Source: Candidatus Marinacidobacterales bacterium (GTDB taxonomy: Bacteria; Acidobacteriota; Vicinamibacteria; Marinacidobacterales; DATDRI01). From it: a DNA stretch of 64,000 bases. The stretch is taken from assembly GCA_965219415.1 (NCBI GenBank), contig CBDCNP010000002.1:5629530-5693529 (forward strand). Direction: 5' to 3'. The position numbers and the translations under genes are program-made. Shown here piece by piece: positions 35,541-45,789 of this stretch; the first letter of the stretch is position 1, and each line of letters starts with the position of its first letter. The notes below the pieces were generated by a model. That model was not told the origin of the DNA. It was given only the letters and a program-made list of their open reading frames with translations, and searched no databases.

Positions 35541-35760
35541 GTGCTTGGGCTCGGGGCTTGGGTCTTGTCAGGACTCCAAACCATCGGCACGGTGACATTC
35601 GACCTCTACACCTTGCTCTATGCAGTGACGGTAATCTCCATCGGCTATCAGTTCATCGCGTTTGGTTTCTTCACTAAGATTTTCGCCATCCAGGAAGGAC
35701 TGATGCCGAAGGACCCGCGCCTCGATCGGGGTCTTCCGCTATGTCAACCTCGAAGTCGGT
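35541..35760 (+). pseudogene. Membrane-region fragment, probably of a GT2 (polyprenyl-phosphate glycosyltransferase-like) protein
   Basis: FDLYTLLYA...IGYQFIAFGFFTKIFAIQEGLMP. Confidence 0.5.
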
Positions 35761-35767
35761 CTGAGTG

Positions 35768-35884
35768 GTGAGCCTGCGCCGATCGTCGTCAGAGAGCCTG
35801 AGACGCTTGCCCCGAAGCCCGGCTCGGAGCACACGGTTCTCCTCTCGCAGGTAGTCGGTCACATCCTGCTGCTGGCGGTTGACC
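35768..35884 (-). pseudogene. Integrase-core transposase N-terminal fragment
   Basis: NRQQQDVTDYLREENRVLR...LRLSDDDRRRL. Confidence 0.75.
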
Positions 35885-35946
35885 TAGTCATAAAGAGCAG
35901 TAGGAATTGCACGTGGTACGTCATCATCTGATGACGGAAACACGGG

Positions 35947-36635
35947 TTGACTGAGATGGTCAAACTCTCGCTCGCTACGATCGCACGCGCGCTTGACACG
36001 ATGCTGGACGAGCAGATGACGGCCCAGGCGGGTATTGCCGCCCATCTTGTAGCCGCAGCTGAAGCGGCCGGGCATGATTCGGTGCGCATCATTGAGATCC
36101 TAGACGCAATCATCGCGAGCACCGTTCTGGACGAGATCTGGATAAAGGACGAGCAAGGCGTTGCCTATCTCACGACAGTCCGAGATGAGACCGGAGAATT
36201 GGTACCTTTCCAGTTCGATCCAGACCGCACGGTCCAACCGCAGGCCTCCACGTTCTATTCCCTGCTTACATCTTCCCTTGATAGCGATGATGCGGTGACA
36301 CGGCCGGCGCAGGTGCGGGAGATCGATCACGAGATCTACAAGTACGTCGGAGTCAGCGGTGTTGACCGGCATCGGATTGTGCAAGTGGGCAATGCGCCGA
36401 CCTTTGACGAGCAGGATGTTTTAAGTAATGCCTATACCTCACCGGTCATGACGGCGGTGATGGCAGCCTTTGGCGAGCCGGAAATTCTGAGCAACACCTA
36501 TACAAACCGGCTAGCCGAAATCAGGAGCGTCCTTGAGGGTATCCTTGGCCATCAAATGATCGTGCAGGCCGCGCTGGTGGATTATTTCGTGGTCGAAGCC
36601 GAGGAGGCCGGGTGGTCAGTGGAGGAGATCCACCG
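35947..36635 (+). pseudogene. Truncated paralog of the double Cache-like protein at 20162
   Basis: Colinear protein similarity up to EEIH, then a C-type terminus at 36657. Confidence 0.85.
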
Positions 36636-36802
36636 AGCGTTGCCTCTACGACGATGTTGTGATCCGCAAAAAAGAAGATCGGTGTCGACGGGCAGACAGC
36701 CATGACCAGAACGTCGCTCTGCGGGGGGTCAGGGAGAGGCATCTCTAATCCAAACCGTCCAGGCTTGCGCGCCCGAACTTTTATGTAGCGGCGGTCAGGT
36801 CA

Positions 36803-37526
36803 CTACGAGAGGACGTTCGCCAGATCCAGCAGCTTCTTGCGGCCAGCCATGTCCTCAAGCGGAGTGGTCCCGATCGTGCGACCGTGGAGCCCGATCAGGC
36901 ATCCGAACTCGCCGCGCTCTAGGGCCCAAACCGCCCTCGCGCCGAGCCGCGTTGCCAGCAGCCGGTCGAAAGCCGTCGGACACCCGCCGCGTTGAACGTG
37001 TCCGAGAATCGTGGCGCGGAGCTTGAAACTCAGACTTTCCCGCTCCTTGAAGTACCGGATAAGCGTCTCCGCGTTGCACCTGGCCCCTTCGGCGACGACG
37101 GCAAGGGCATGCTTTTTTCCCCTCCGGTACGCCTCGTTAAACTCCTCGGCGATGGCCTCAGGGGTGGTTTCCCGTTCGGGGATCACCACGGCCTCCGCGC
37201 CCCCCGTCAGGCCCGAAATCAGTGCCAGGTAGCCGCAGTCGCGGCCCATCACTTCCACCACCAAGGCCCGCTCGTGCGACGAGGCGGTCACCTTGAGCCG
37301 GTCGATGGCCTCAAGAGCGATGTTGAGCGCCGTGTCCACGCCGATCGTGATGTCGGAGCCGTAGAGATCGTTGTCGATCGTCGATGCGACCCCGATGACC
37401 GGAAACCCCGCCTTCGAGAGGGCATGGGAACCCTGTTGCGAGCCGTTGCCCCCGATGACGATCAAGGCCTCGATGCGGCAGCGCTCCAATTGAGCCAGGG
37501 CCTTGGCGCGCCCTTCGTCGGTGGTG
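36803..37526 (-). pseudogene. pfkA: 6-phosphofructokinase, 5'-truncated
   Basis: IGGNGS, STIDNDL, EVMGRDCG, LGHVQRGG; the N-terminal GGD region is absent. Confidence 0.9.
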
Positions 37527-38064
37527 TTAATCTCGTTCCCAAGTCCCGTATTCGTTCAGAGCACTCCACTCGTCGCCCCGCCGTGAACGTCCCTTGAGAT
37601 TGGGAGAAAAAGAAATCGTCGAAATCGCTTCGCTGAAACTGTGTGCCGTCGGGTTTCGTGGGTCGCTTCCGTCGAGGGTGTAGTAGACCTTTTCCGCTCC
37701 CGCTGGGCGTCGGATGGTGATGCTGTCAGAAGCTCGTTCGAACACCGGCGGGTCGAGGGTGGGATAGTAATCATGGTCCCGAAGTGCTCGAATGAACCTC
37801 TCGACGTTTCCGTCCATCAAGTCTAGAACATAGTCGCGCGCCCGATTCCAATGCACATCCCGCGTGCGAGGACGATTCTCCCTTCCGGGGCCCGCGTCGC
37901 CCCAACGGGCAGACTCACATAGCATAGCCGGCTCCACATAATCCGCTAGCCTTCGGAAATGGGCCTTGTTTACACTATCCGTGAGCGGTCCGCCATCGTA
38001 GCAAGCGCGGTAGACGCGATCCGCGAACTCCAGCCGGAACTCTGGGCTGTCCGCCAGAGCCATC
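37527..38064 (-). pseudogene. C-terminal fragment of a second CotH-family gene
   Basis: Paralogous to ~4070-4600; cut by MITE-A. Confidence 0.85.
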
Positions 38065-38230
38065 GGTGCTTGCGCTGTTTACTGTTGGTGATGTGTACGC
38101 ATCCCTTTGCAAAAAAGGTGCTTACGCTCCATTTAGCGCGCAGCGAAGGTGACGAGCGCTATTTTGTATGTAACTTATTGCACCATAGAGTCTTAGCGTC
38201 ATCTTACCAACACTTGATGGCGGAAGCACC
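38065..38230 (+). mobile_element. MITE-A copy 5
   Basis: 166 bp; followed directly by terminus B (-) and the right end of element X (38309-38356). Confidence 0.9.
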
Positions 38231-38565
38231 GGTCCGGTCGCAAATACAGACACTAAGCTGCTGATTTATCGTCTATTTCAAAAGGGCCGAGTTTTGGCAC
38301 GGGACGGGGTTGCTACGTTTCTACCATCGGGAAGCCGCATGAATATTTTGACCTCAAGAGTCTATGCAGCCCAGTGTACGGTCGAACCCTTACTTGGATC
38401 GTGGCCGCTGTCTGAGAAGTTGTATACTTAGGAGTCGCTCATAGTATCCGCCACCGCCGGCAGGAGGGGCGGCACTTAAAGTTGCCGGCTTACAGTTACA
38501 GCCAGGCACCTGAGGAAAGTTACCAAACGTGAATTAGGTAGGGCCGGATAAAAGGGAGTCGAACC

Positions 38566-39477
38566 ATGACCAGCCGAATGACGGGGTTCGTGTTCTTAAG
38601 TCTTCTGTTTTCGTCCGCGTCCTCGGGCCAGGACAAATCGAAGTACTACACGGTCCAACATGCCGACGAGTTCAGTATCGATTGGATCAGTTTCTACGAA
38701 GCGTGTGATCAGCGCACGGAGAAGGCACGGAAGGAGTTGCCCCACCATCTCGACTTAGCCTACGGCGATAATCCAAAACAGAAATTGGATCTCTACCTAC
38801 CCAAGGAAAAACCGGTGGACGCTCCTACGTTCTTGTTCCTCCACGGGGGCGGCATGCGAGAAGGCGATCGTGCGCACTACGGCTATATCGCGATGCCGTT
38901 CGCGGCAAACGGGGTTATCACCGCGGTTGCCAGTTACCGACTCACGGGTCAGGGATTTCACTTCCCGGATCAGCCGGAAGATGTCGCGGCTGCGGTTCGC
39001 TGGATTCACCAGAACATTGAAGAGTATGGAGGCGACCCAGACCTGATCTATGTCGGTGGTCACTCGGCGGGGGCAATTCTATCTGCCTACCTCGGCGTGC
39101 GAGGTACATGGCGAGAGAAGATGGGTCTTCCAAAGGGACTGGTCAAGGGTGTCGCCCCCGTCAGCGGTCCCTACGACATGCGCGTCGTTCGGAGGACGGG
39201 TGAGGTCGACGGTTACGTGCCCGACGAGGACCTTCGAGCTGAGGCGAGTCCGATCCTCAACATCGACAACCCGGTGCCGCGAGCGGTTGTTGCCTATGGT
39301 TCTCTCGAACCCTTCGAGGCCACCTCGCGTGAGCTTGTCGACAATATGAAAGCGAAAGGAGTGAAGGCCGAGCTCGTCCAGCTAGAAAACGAGAACCACG
39401 ACCAGACGGCGTTATCTCTTGGAGACGAAGATAGCGTGCTCTTCCTCGCTGTGCTGAAGATGATTCAGGCTAGATAG
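38566..39477 (+). CDS. Secreted alpha/beta hydrolase (HSL/arylformamidase-like)
   Basis: Signal peptide, FLHGGG, GHSAG nucleophile elbow, ENH. Confidence 0.85.
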   Translation: MTSRMTGFVFLSLLFSSASSGQDKSKYYTVQHADEFSIDWISFYEACDQRTEKARKELPHHLDLAYGDNPKQKLDLYLPKEKPVDAPTFLFLHGGGMREGDRAHYGYIAMPFAANGVITAVASYRLTGQGFHFPDQPEDVAAAVRWIHQNIEEYGGDPDLIYVGGHSAGAILSAYLGVRGTWREKMGLPKGLVKGVAPVSGPYDMRVVRRTGEVDGYVPDEDLRAEASPILNIDNPVPRAVVAYGSLEPFEATSRELVDNMKAKGVKAELVQLENENHDQTALSLGDEDSVLFLAVLKMIQAR

Positions 39478-39544
39478 AAGGTCGTGGATCCACGGTCGGC
39501 TAATGCTCCGGTGCCTTCTATTTATTCATCCGCGCGCCCCGAAC

Positions 39545-39711
39545 GGTGCTTCCGCCATCAAGTGTTGCTACGCGGCTGCGGGCAGTGGTACAGGTGCGGA
39601 AGAGAGCGGGTTGCGCGCCCCAGTGAGCAGGAAAACCTCGATCCGCAACCACAAAGGAATCGTCGTCGCCAAGAAGATGTCTCGAAAGGTGAGCCGTCGC
39701 GTGGTCAGACC
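39545..39711 (-). mobile_element. Orphan end of a diverged IS1-family copy
   Basis: Aligns with 2749-2915. Confidence 0.85.
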
Positions 39712-39884
39712 GCGTCGTGTCCAAAAATACAAACGAACTCAAGACCTGCTCGCGGGGACGTTTCGGGTTGGAGGTGTCTAAGCTTGATTGGCCAATGGGA
39801 GCTCAGAATCCTCGGTCATGAGCACGCCGGCGGGGCTGCAATTGGCCAGACTGTGTGGCGGTCCAATCGGGCTATAATCTCGAT

Positions 39885-39974
39885 ATGCCGATCTTCGAAT
39901 ACGCCTGCTTGGAATGCGACAAGCGTTTCGAGCCGCTTATCCTGAGCTCGAGCGAGGACGCGCCGCGCTGTCCT
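39885..39974 (+). pseudogene. FmdB-like zinc-ribbon fragment
   Basis: MPIFEYACLECDKRFE...PRCP, cut before the last Cys by a D-type terminus. Confidence 0.75.
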
Positions 39975-40421
39975 CGTCGTGTCCAAAAACACAAACGAAC
40001 TCAAGACCCACGCGCCGGGCCGTTTCGTATTAGACGTGTCTACGCTTGGTTCGCCAATGGAAGCTAGAATCCTCGGTGATGAGCACGCCGAGCCAGCCCT
40101 TGACATTGTTGGTCGTCGCCATCGCTACATCCATAGGAATCTGGACCGCGTCCTGTGCCAAAACTCGAACCTTTTGAAATAGACCACAAATCAGCAGCTT
40201 AGACGCCCTTGGAATCCGCGCAGAATCCAGGGTATTTCGCGCCGCAGGGCTGACTTCCGACCCATGGGCTGGCGGATGAATAAATAGAAGGCACAACCGA
40301 CCACGGCCTACTACACCCGCCTCGCCCGCGATACTGTCAAGGCCTCCGGCGACAGCACCGACCGCGACCCGGATGCTGCGGAATAGCGGAGTCTCGCCGA
40401 ACCTTACGGATCCCAGGGCCG

Positions 40422-40607
40422 TTATTGGCGTGCCCGAAGATCCAGAAAGTCCCCTGGCTTCAAAATCGGAATGTCGTGAAACGGGGACATCTCCAGAAGG
40501 TCCCGGTCCCCAGTGATCAGACAATCCGCTTCACCCATCAGCGCCGTCTCAAGCAGCTTGTCGTCATCCGGATCGCGACACCCCAACTTAGCACCTGCTA
40601 TCGACAA
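40422..40607 (-). pseudogene. PIN-domain toxin C-terminal fragment
   Basis: CRDPDDDKLLETA...ADCLITGDRDLL. Confidence 0.8.
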
Positions 40608-40619
40608 CCCATTCCGAGA

Positions 40620-40717
40620 CCTGTGCTCCGCAAAAAGTCTATCCGGCGTTGATTGCGCGGGTTAGACCTACCATAGTCGACTGCTTCTGGCCGGTTTTCT
40701 TTTTTGCGGATCACAAG
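40620..40717. mobile_element. Minimal C-type MITE (~98 bp) carrying both ends
   Basis: CCTGTGCTCCGCAAAAAG ... TTTTTTGCGGATCACAAG inverted ends. Confidence 0.75.
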
Positions 40718-40769
40718 TTCGCCAATCTCATACAGCTCGAGTTTATGGAAGGGAGGGGTGGCGGAGCTG

Positions 40770-43700
40770 TCAGTCTCCGAAGCGATAGGTCAGTGCCACC
40801 TTGAACCGGCGCCCCTTCGGGTCGTGCGTGAAGCCGTCGTACGACTGCTCGATGTTGGCCCATGGCGGCAAAGTGCCGGTCAGGTTCAGCGCATAGAGCG
40901 TGATGTCGATCCCGCTGCCTGGGAAGCGCCACAGGAAGCTTGCATCCCATGTCAGGAACGGGTCGATGCGGGGGACGGTGGTGTTGCTGCCACGGTCCCC
41001 GTAGGACGAAATGTAGCTCACATAGTTCGCGAAAGTGTATGTGTTCCAGGCGTACGAAGCCGACCACCGGCTCTTCCAGCGGGGCAGCGGCACCGCGATC
41101 GGGTGGGCGAAGTTCAGGTAGCCGGCCGTGTTCCGCTTGGCGTAGAGCGTCAGGTCCGTACCCTCCAGCATCAGGGTCTTTGTCTCGTACTCCACCGTGT
41201 AGGTGGAGTCCCAACTGGCCGATAGCTGGCCCGGTCCCGCGTCGAACCGGGTGGCGAAGTGCGTGTCGATCCCGGAGGTCGTGAGCCCCGGCCAGTTCAC
41301 GAGGTCAATCTGGACGCGCTCAAGGTTCGCGGCGGCGCACCTGCTCTCAGGCATCAGGTCCGAGGCCCTGCCTCCCGGACAGATGATGAATGGCGACACG
41401 GCCTCCTGGGTCGCCGGATTGTCGCTGTTGTAGAGGCTGGTGATGGCATCGTAGGGCATCGAGCCGATCACGTTCTCGAAGTCGTAGCTCCAGTAGTCGA
41501 CCGTCGCTTCGATGCTCCCCTCCAGGAAGAGCACGGCGCCGACGTTGTAGGTGAACGCCTGCTCGGGGAGGAGGTCAGGGCGCCCGAAACGGTCCACTGC
41601 CTGGTAGGCGCCTGTCTCCGAGATCCACTCGAGGGTCGTCAGTGGGCTGAGGTTCAGATCGTCGAGCGACGGCGTCCGGAAGGTGGTCTGCACCGAGCCG
41701 CGCAGCGCCAGGGAGTAGTCCTGGTTTTCGGCGACCTGCAGGCGCCCGCCGATCTTCGGGTCGAAGCTACTGACGTGGCGGCCGGCGACGTTGTAGAACT
41801 CGTAGTTCGCAGCGATCTGCGTGTCGACCCTGGGCCCAACGCTCAGCGCGAGCTCGCCGAAGAACCGCTGCACCTGCTGGTCCGCGTCATAGGGGCGGTG
41901 GATGTTGGTGAAGAGGTAGGGGCCGAACCGGTCGCCCGCCGCGCAGCCCGCGTCGCCCGCCACCGAGCAGGGGTTCAGTGTGGCGTCGCCGGCATCGTTT
42001 GGATTGCCGTCGGCGCGCATCGCGCGGTACTGGTACCCCACGGCGAAGTCGGCCACGTTCTCGACCAGGTTGCCGCTCAGCGTGGCGTCCGCCACGAACA
42101 GGTCGGTCGTGCTGACCAAGTTCACTTCTTCGTTGAGCCATAGTCGCAACTGCTCCGGGTTCGCCAGGCCGGCGACGTAGTCGGGATTCGGCGTGTTCTC
42201 GAACGGCGAGTCCGGTTGGTCGGAGTACTGGACGGCGTTGCTGAATGGGTTGTAATACATACACGGGCCCTGGCCCGCCACGGCGCCGTTGAGCGCTCCG
42301 AGCACCATGCCAGCTGGGGAGGTCTGATCCGCCACGACGCCGACGGCGCAGTCCGGCCCGCCGAAGCCGCGGAAGGCCCGGAAGACCCGGTCGGTGTATA
42401 CCGCCGGCAGGTTCAGATTGCCCTTGGCCCGGGAGTAGGAGACGCCGACGTCCCAATGAGCATCCCGTCCCCCGAGCAGGAAGTCGCCGTCGACCGACCC
42501 CGCGATCCGCTGGGTTCGGGACTCTCGTCTCAGCCTGCGCCCGGGACCTGAGTTCCCAAACGGACGGCCGTTGAAATACCAGAGGTCGCTGCTGGCGCAG
42601 GCGCTGCTGGGGTCGGCCTTCCCGTCACCTGCGTAGCCGGAGCAGAACGCCTGCCGTCCCGGGTGGTCGGGCGCTACCTCCATGATGGTGGTGCTCGTCA
42701 GCGGGAAGGGCGGGTACGATGGCGTCGTGTACCAGTTCGGAATCGTCGCATTGGCCCAGAGACCCTCGACGTGGTAATTAGTCCGCGCGTTCAGGGGGCC
42801 ATTGAGCTCGACGAAGGCGCGGGTCTGTTGCTGCTCGTCGATTAGATTGTCGTACGGCGCGTAGCGGAACCGGCAGGTCCAGCCCTCGTCCTGGCCACCG
42901 AATTCCGTGCACCGGGGATCGAAGACATCGGCCGTCCATGGAACCGGGGCCCCGACGGCGAACGTGCCAGGATTCCCGATGCTGGACCATCCGGCGCGGT
43001 TCCCCCCTACGTGCGTACTCAGCCGATCAAGAGTCCAGGGACGCTCCGCCATCTGCAGCTCCTGGCGGCCGACCCGTTCCGCGGCGAGTACCACGCTGGA
43101 ATTGCCGACCCGTCCGCCCCAGATGCCGGCGACGGTCGTATCACCCGCGCTGTCGAAGTAGTCATGCGAGACGTTGAGCTCCAACCCCCGGAAATCACTG
43201 CGCGTCACGAAGTTGGCGACGCCGCCGACCGCGTCGGAGCCGTAGGTCGCCGCCGCGCCCTCCTTCAGCACCTCCAGCCTGCCGACCGCGATCGTCGGAA
43301 TAGTGTTCACGTCGACGAAACGCCCGCCGATGAGACGCGCGGGGACCGGCACGTGACGGCGGCTGTTGATCAGCACGAGCGTCCGCGAGGCGCCGAGGCC
43401 GCGCAGGTTGACGTTGGCCACGTTCTCGGTGAGTGTCGAGGGCTGGTTGGAGTTGTACCAACTGCTCCGCTCGCCGATCACGCCGTGGCTCACGCTCAGG
43501 TTCTTGAAGAGATCGACGAGTTGCGTGGACCCTTGCTGCTCAATCGTGTCGCGGCTGACCACCACGACCGCGTGGGGCATGTTGATCGCGGGCGCGTCGA
43601 TGGCGGTGCCTGTCACCGTCACGGTCACTTCCTCGAACAGGCCGCCGACCCGCAGGCTGACGTCCACCGTCGGCGCGGACGCGGCGGCCAGCTCGACGGT

Positions 43701-43961
43701 ACGCGCCAGCTCCTCGAAGCCTGGCAGTGTGAACGTGATGGTGTACGCGCCCGGCGGCAGCGCCTCGAACGCGTAACTCCCGTCCCCATCGGTTACAACC
43801 ACGTGCGGGCCGCCGGCCAGCGCGGGTCCCGCGGCTGCGACGGTCACGCCAGGCAGCACACCACCGGTTTCGTCGGTGACCGTGCCCGCTATCCGGCCGT
43901 CTTGCGCGCTAGCGGCGCACGGGGCCACCAGCAGGCACGTCACGATCAGAGCGATCCTCAC
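40770..43961 (-). CDS. TonB-dependent receptor with N-terminal carboxypeptidase-regulatory-like domain
   Basis: GTVTDETGGVLPGVTV, VNLRGLGASRTLVLIN, LKEGAAATYGSDAVGGVANF, C-terminal LTYRF. Confidence 0.92.
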   Translation of the reverse strand: MRIALIVTCLLVAPCAASAQDGRIAGTVTDETGGVLPGVTVAAAGPALAGGPHVVVTDGDGSYAFEALPPGAYTITFTLPGFEELARTVELAAASAPTVDVSLRVGGLFEEVTVTVTGTAIDAPAINMPHAVVVVSRDTIEQQGSTQLVDLFKNLSVSHGVIGERSSWYNSNQPSTLTENVANVNLRGLGASRTLVLINSRRHVPVPARLIGGRFVDVNTIPTIAVGRLEVLKEGAAATYGSDAVGGVANFVTRSDFRGLELNVSHDYFDSAGDTTVAGIWGGRVGNSSVVLAAERVGRQELQMAERPWTLDRLSTHVGGNRAGWSSIGNPGTFAVGAPVPWTADVFDPRCTEFGGQDEGWTCRFRYAPYDNLIDEQQQTRAFVELNGPLNARTNYHVEGLWANATIPNWYTTPSYPPFPLTSTTIMEVAPDHPGRQAFCSGYAGDGKADPSSACASSDLWYFNGRPFGNSGPGRRLRRESRTQRIAGSVDGDFLLGGRDAHWDVGVSYSRAKGNLNLPAVYTDRVFRAFRGFGGPDCAVGVVADQTSPAGMVLGALNGAVAGQGPCMYYNPFSNAVQYSDQPDSPFENTPNPDYVAGLANPEQLRLWLNEEVNLVSTTDLFVADATLSGNLVENVADFAVGYQYRAMRADGNPNDAGDATLNPCSVAGDAGCAAGDRFGPYLFTNIHRPYDADQQVQRFFGELALSVGPRVDTQIAANYEFYNVAGRHVSSFDPKIGGRLQVAENQDYSLALRGSVQTTFRTPSLDDLNLSPLTTLEWISETGAYQAVDRFGRPDLLPEQAFTYNVGAVLFLEGSIEATVDYWSYDFENVIGSMPYDAITSLYNSDNPATQEAVSPFIICPGGRASDLMPESRCAAANLERVQIDLVNWPGLTTSGIDTHFATRFDAGPGQLSASWDSTYTVEYETKTLMLEGTDLTLYAKRNTAGYLNFAHPIAVPLPRWKSRWSASYAWNTYTFANYVSYISSYGDRGSNTTVPRIDPFLTWDASFLWRFPGSGIDITLYALNLTGTLPPWANIEQSYDGFTHDPKGRRFKVALTYRFGD

Positions 43962-44049
43962 TGCTATCCTCCCCGCGTCACTCGGGCTGCGAATATGACG
44001 CGCCGCTCACACGCCGCCACCGAGTCGCGGCCGTGGAGAACATCTACGT

Positions 44050-44144
44050 TTTTACATTATTTTATGTGACATCGGTGTGATTCTTAAAGCTATTACCGTG
44101 AAATACTTGTGAATTCTTCCGTGAATCGCTACCATTGACACCTG
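44050..44144 (-). promoter_or_regulatory. AT-rich phased-repeat element upstream of the TonB receptor
   Basis: Inverted homolog of 45219-45318; GTGA at 44066, 44077, 44098, 44109 and 44121. Confidence 0.7.
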
Positions 44145-44171
44145 TGCTCCGCTAAAAGTCGATCCGGCATT

Positions 44172-45132
44172 ACCAACCCCAGGAACTCGGCCCGCATCCG
44201 TTCCAACTCCTCCAGCGGTGTCATATCCTGCAGGGTGACGACCACCGACTCGATCTCGCCGTCCTCCGAGTGGATGGGCGTGGCATTGATCAGCGTGGTG
44301 ATGCTCCGACCGTGTGGGACCTGGATGACAATCTCCTCGGCGCGTACCGTCGTGGCCTCGCGCAGCGCTTGCGCCAGGGGGGTTTTCGGCGAGGGAAACT
44401 TCTCGCCCGTCGGCACGCCGGAAGGTCAGCGCGTCAAGGAGTTGCTCCACCGAGCAGCCCGGCGTGCGCAGGTCCCCCCACAATGCGTTTCGCCTCCCGA
44501 TGAGCGACACCACCTCCCCAGTCCGCGCGTCGAACACTACCACCCCCACCGGTGACGTATCGATCAGCGCTTCCAGGTCGGCCCTGGCCCGCTGCTCGTC
44601 CCGATGCTTACGGGCGTTGGCGATTGCCGCCCCCGCCTGAGACGCGAACATCACCAGAACCTCTTCGTCTTCGCTCGTGAACTCCTGTCTCAACTCCTTG
44701 TCTGCAAGATAGAAGTTACCGACATGCACTCCCTGGTGACAGATCGGCACTCCCAGGAAAGTCCTCGCCAGCGTGCTGTCGTCGGGGAAACCGAGCGAAC
44801 TGAGGTGGGCAGCCAGGTCTCGCAGCCTGAGCGGCTGCGGAGCCTCCCGCAGGTACTCGTACAGCTCCAGTCCGTGGGGCATATCCAGGAACCGTTGGTG
44901 CTCCTCGGGAGCTAATCCCGAAGTGACGAAGTCCTGGGGCTGCCCCGAGCCGTCCATGGTTGTGATCCCGTTGCAGCGGGCGCCGGTCAGCGCGCAGGCG
45001 CTTGCCGCAACCTCGTTCAAAACGGTATTCAAGTCGAGGCTTTCGCTGATGCGCAGACTGACCTCGCTCAGCCTGGAGAGGCGGTCCCGCAAGTGCCTCG
45101 ATCTCCCCCTTCGATTCGTCGGCTTTCTTCAA
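44172..45132 (-). pseudogene. GAF-PAS sensor kinase remnant
   Basis: GAF (FLGVPI..GNFYL..FTSEDEE), PAS (LIDTSPVGVVVFD), ends at RMRAEFLGLV just before the expected HisKA His; several frameshifts; cut by a C-type terminus (44141-44171). Confidence 0.85.
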
Positions 45133-45218
45133 CGTTCCACCCTCGATTGGATGCGGGCAGCACTCGGTTCCGCCTTATCGCTCTCCGGGCAGATGCAGGA
45201 ACCGCACGCGCAGAGACC

Positions 45219-45318
45219 CAGGTGGTCTCGATGGTAGCAATTTATGGAAGAATTCACAAATATTTCACGCATTTAGCTTTAAAGAATCACATTGAAATCA
45301 CACAAAATAGTGTAAAAA
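45219..45318 (+). promoter_or_regulatory. AT-rich phased-repeat element upstream of the cupin
   Basis: TCAC at 45254, 45265, 45287 and 45298 (multiples of 11 bp). Confidence 0.7.
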
Positions 45319-45342
45319 AGAAAGTGGTCGACCGGTAGTTTA

Positions 45343-45741
45343 ATGAACATGCGCAAACCTATTACTATCGACCAAGCCACCCTCCATTGGGAAGGCTGGC
45401 GCGACACCACCCTCGCTACCAAGAGCGCGATATGCTGGAAGCTCCTGATCACAGGCGAACGCACGGAAAGCAGCGGTCTCGTCACGGGCATTGCACAACT
45501 CCCGCCCGGCGCGCAACTACTGCTTCACCACCACGAGCCCGAGGAAACCCATTACGTCGTTAGCGGCCGAGGGGAGATGAAGATCGACGATCACACGACG
45601 GCGGTCGGGCCCGGCTGCGCAATCTACATCTCTGCCAATGCCAGGCACGCGCTCCGATGCACCGGCTCGGAGCCGCTGTTCTTCGTGTTCTCCTTCGCGC
45701 GGGACCGCTTCGACCAGATCACGTATCACTTCGTTCAATAG
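45343..45741 (+). CDS. Cupin protein resembling DMSP lyases DddK/DddW
   Basis: WKLLI...SSGLVTG, LHHHEPEE metal motif, YISANARHAL, DRFDQITYHF. Confidence 0.75.
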   Translation: MNMRKPITIDQATLHWEGWRDTTLATKSAICWKLLITGERTESSGLVTGIAQLPPGAQLLLHHHEPEETHYVVSGRGEMKIDDHTTAVGPGCAIYISANARHALRCTGSEPLFFVFSFARDRFDQITYHFVQ

Positions 45742-45789
45742 TGCCGGCTGTGCTGCACCGCTGACGATAGCGTGGGAACCGGCAAGACC

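Noticed and set aside
38309-38356. CCATCGGGAAGCCGCATGAGTATTTTGACCTCA repeat as a REP or ncRNA
   Set aside because: It encodes the transposase C-terminus (GLLRFYHREAA-stop) plus the right TIR of element X.
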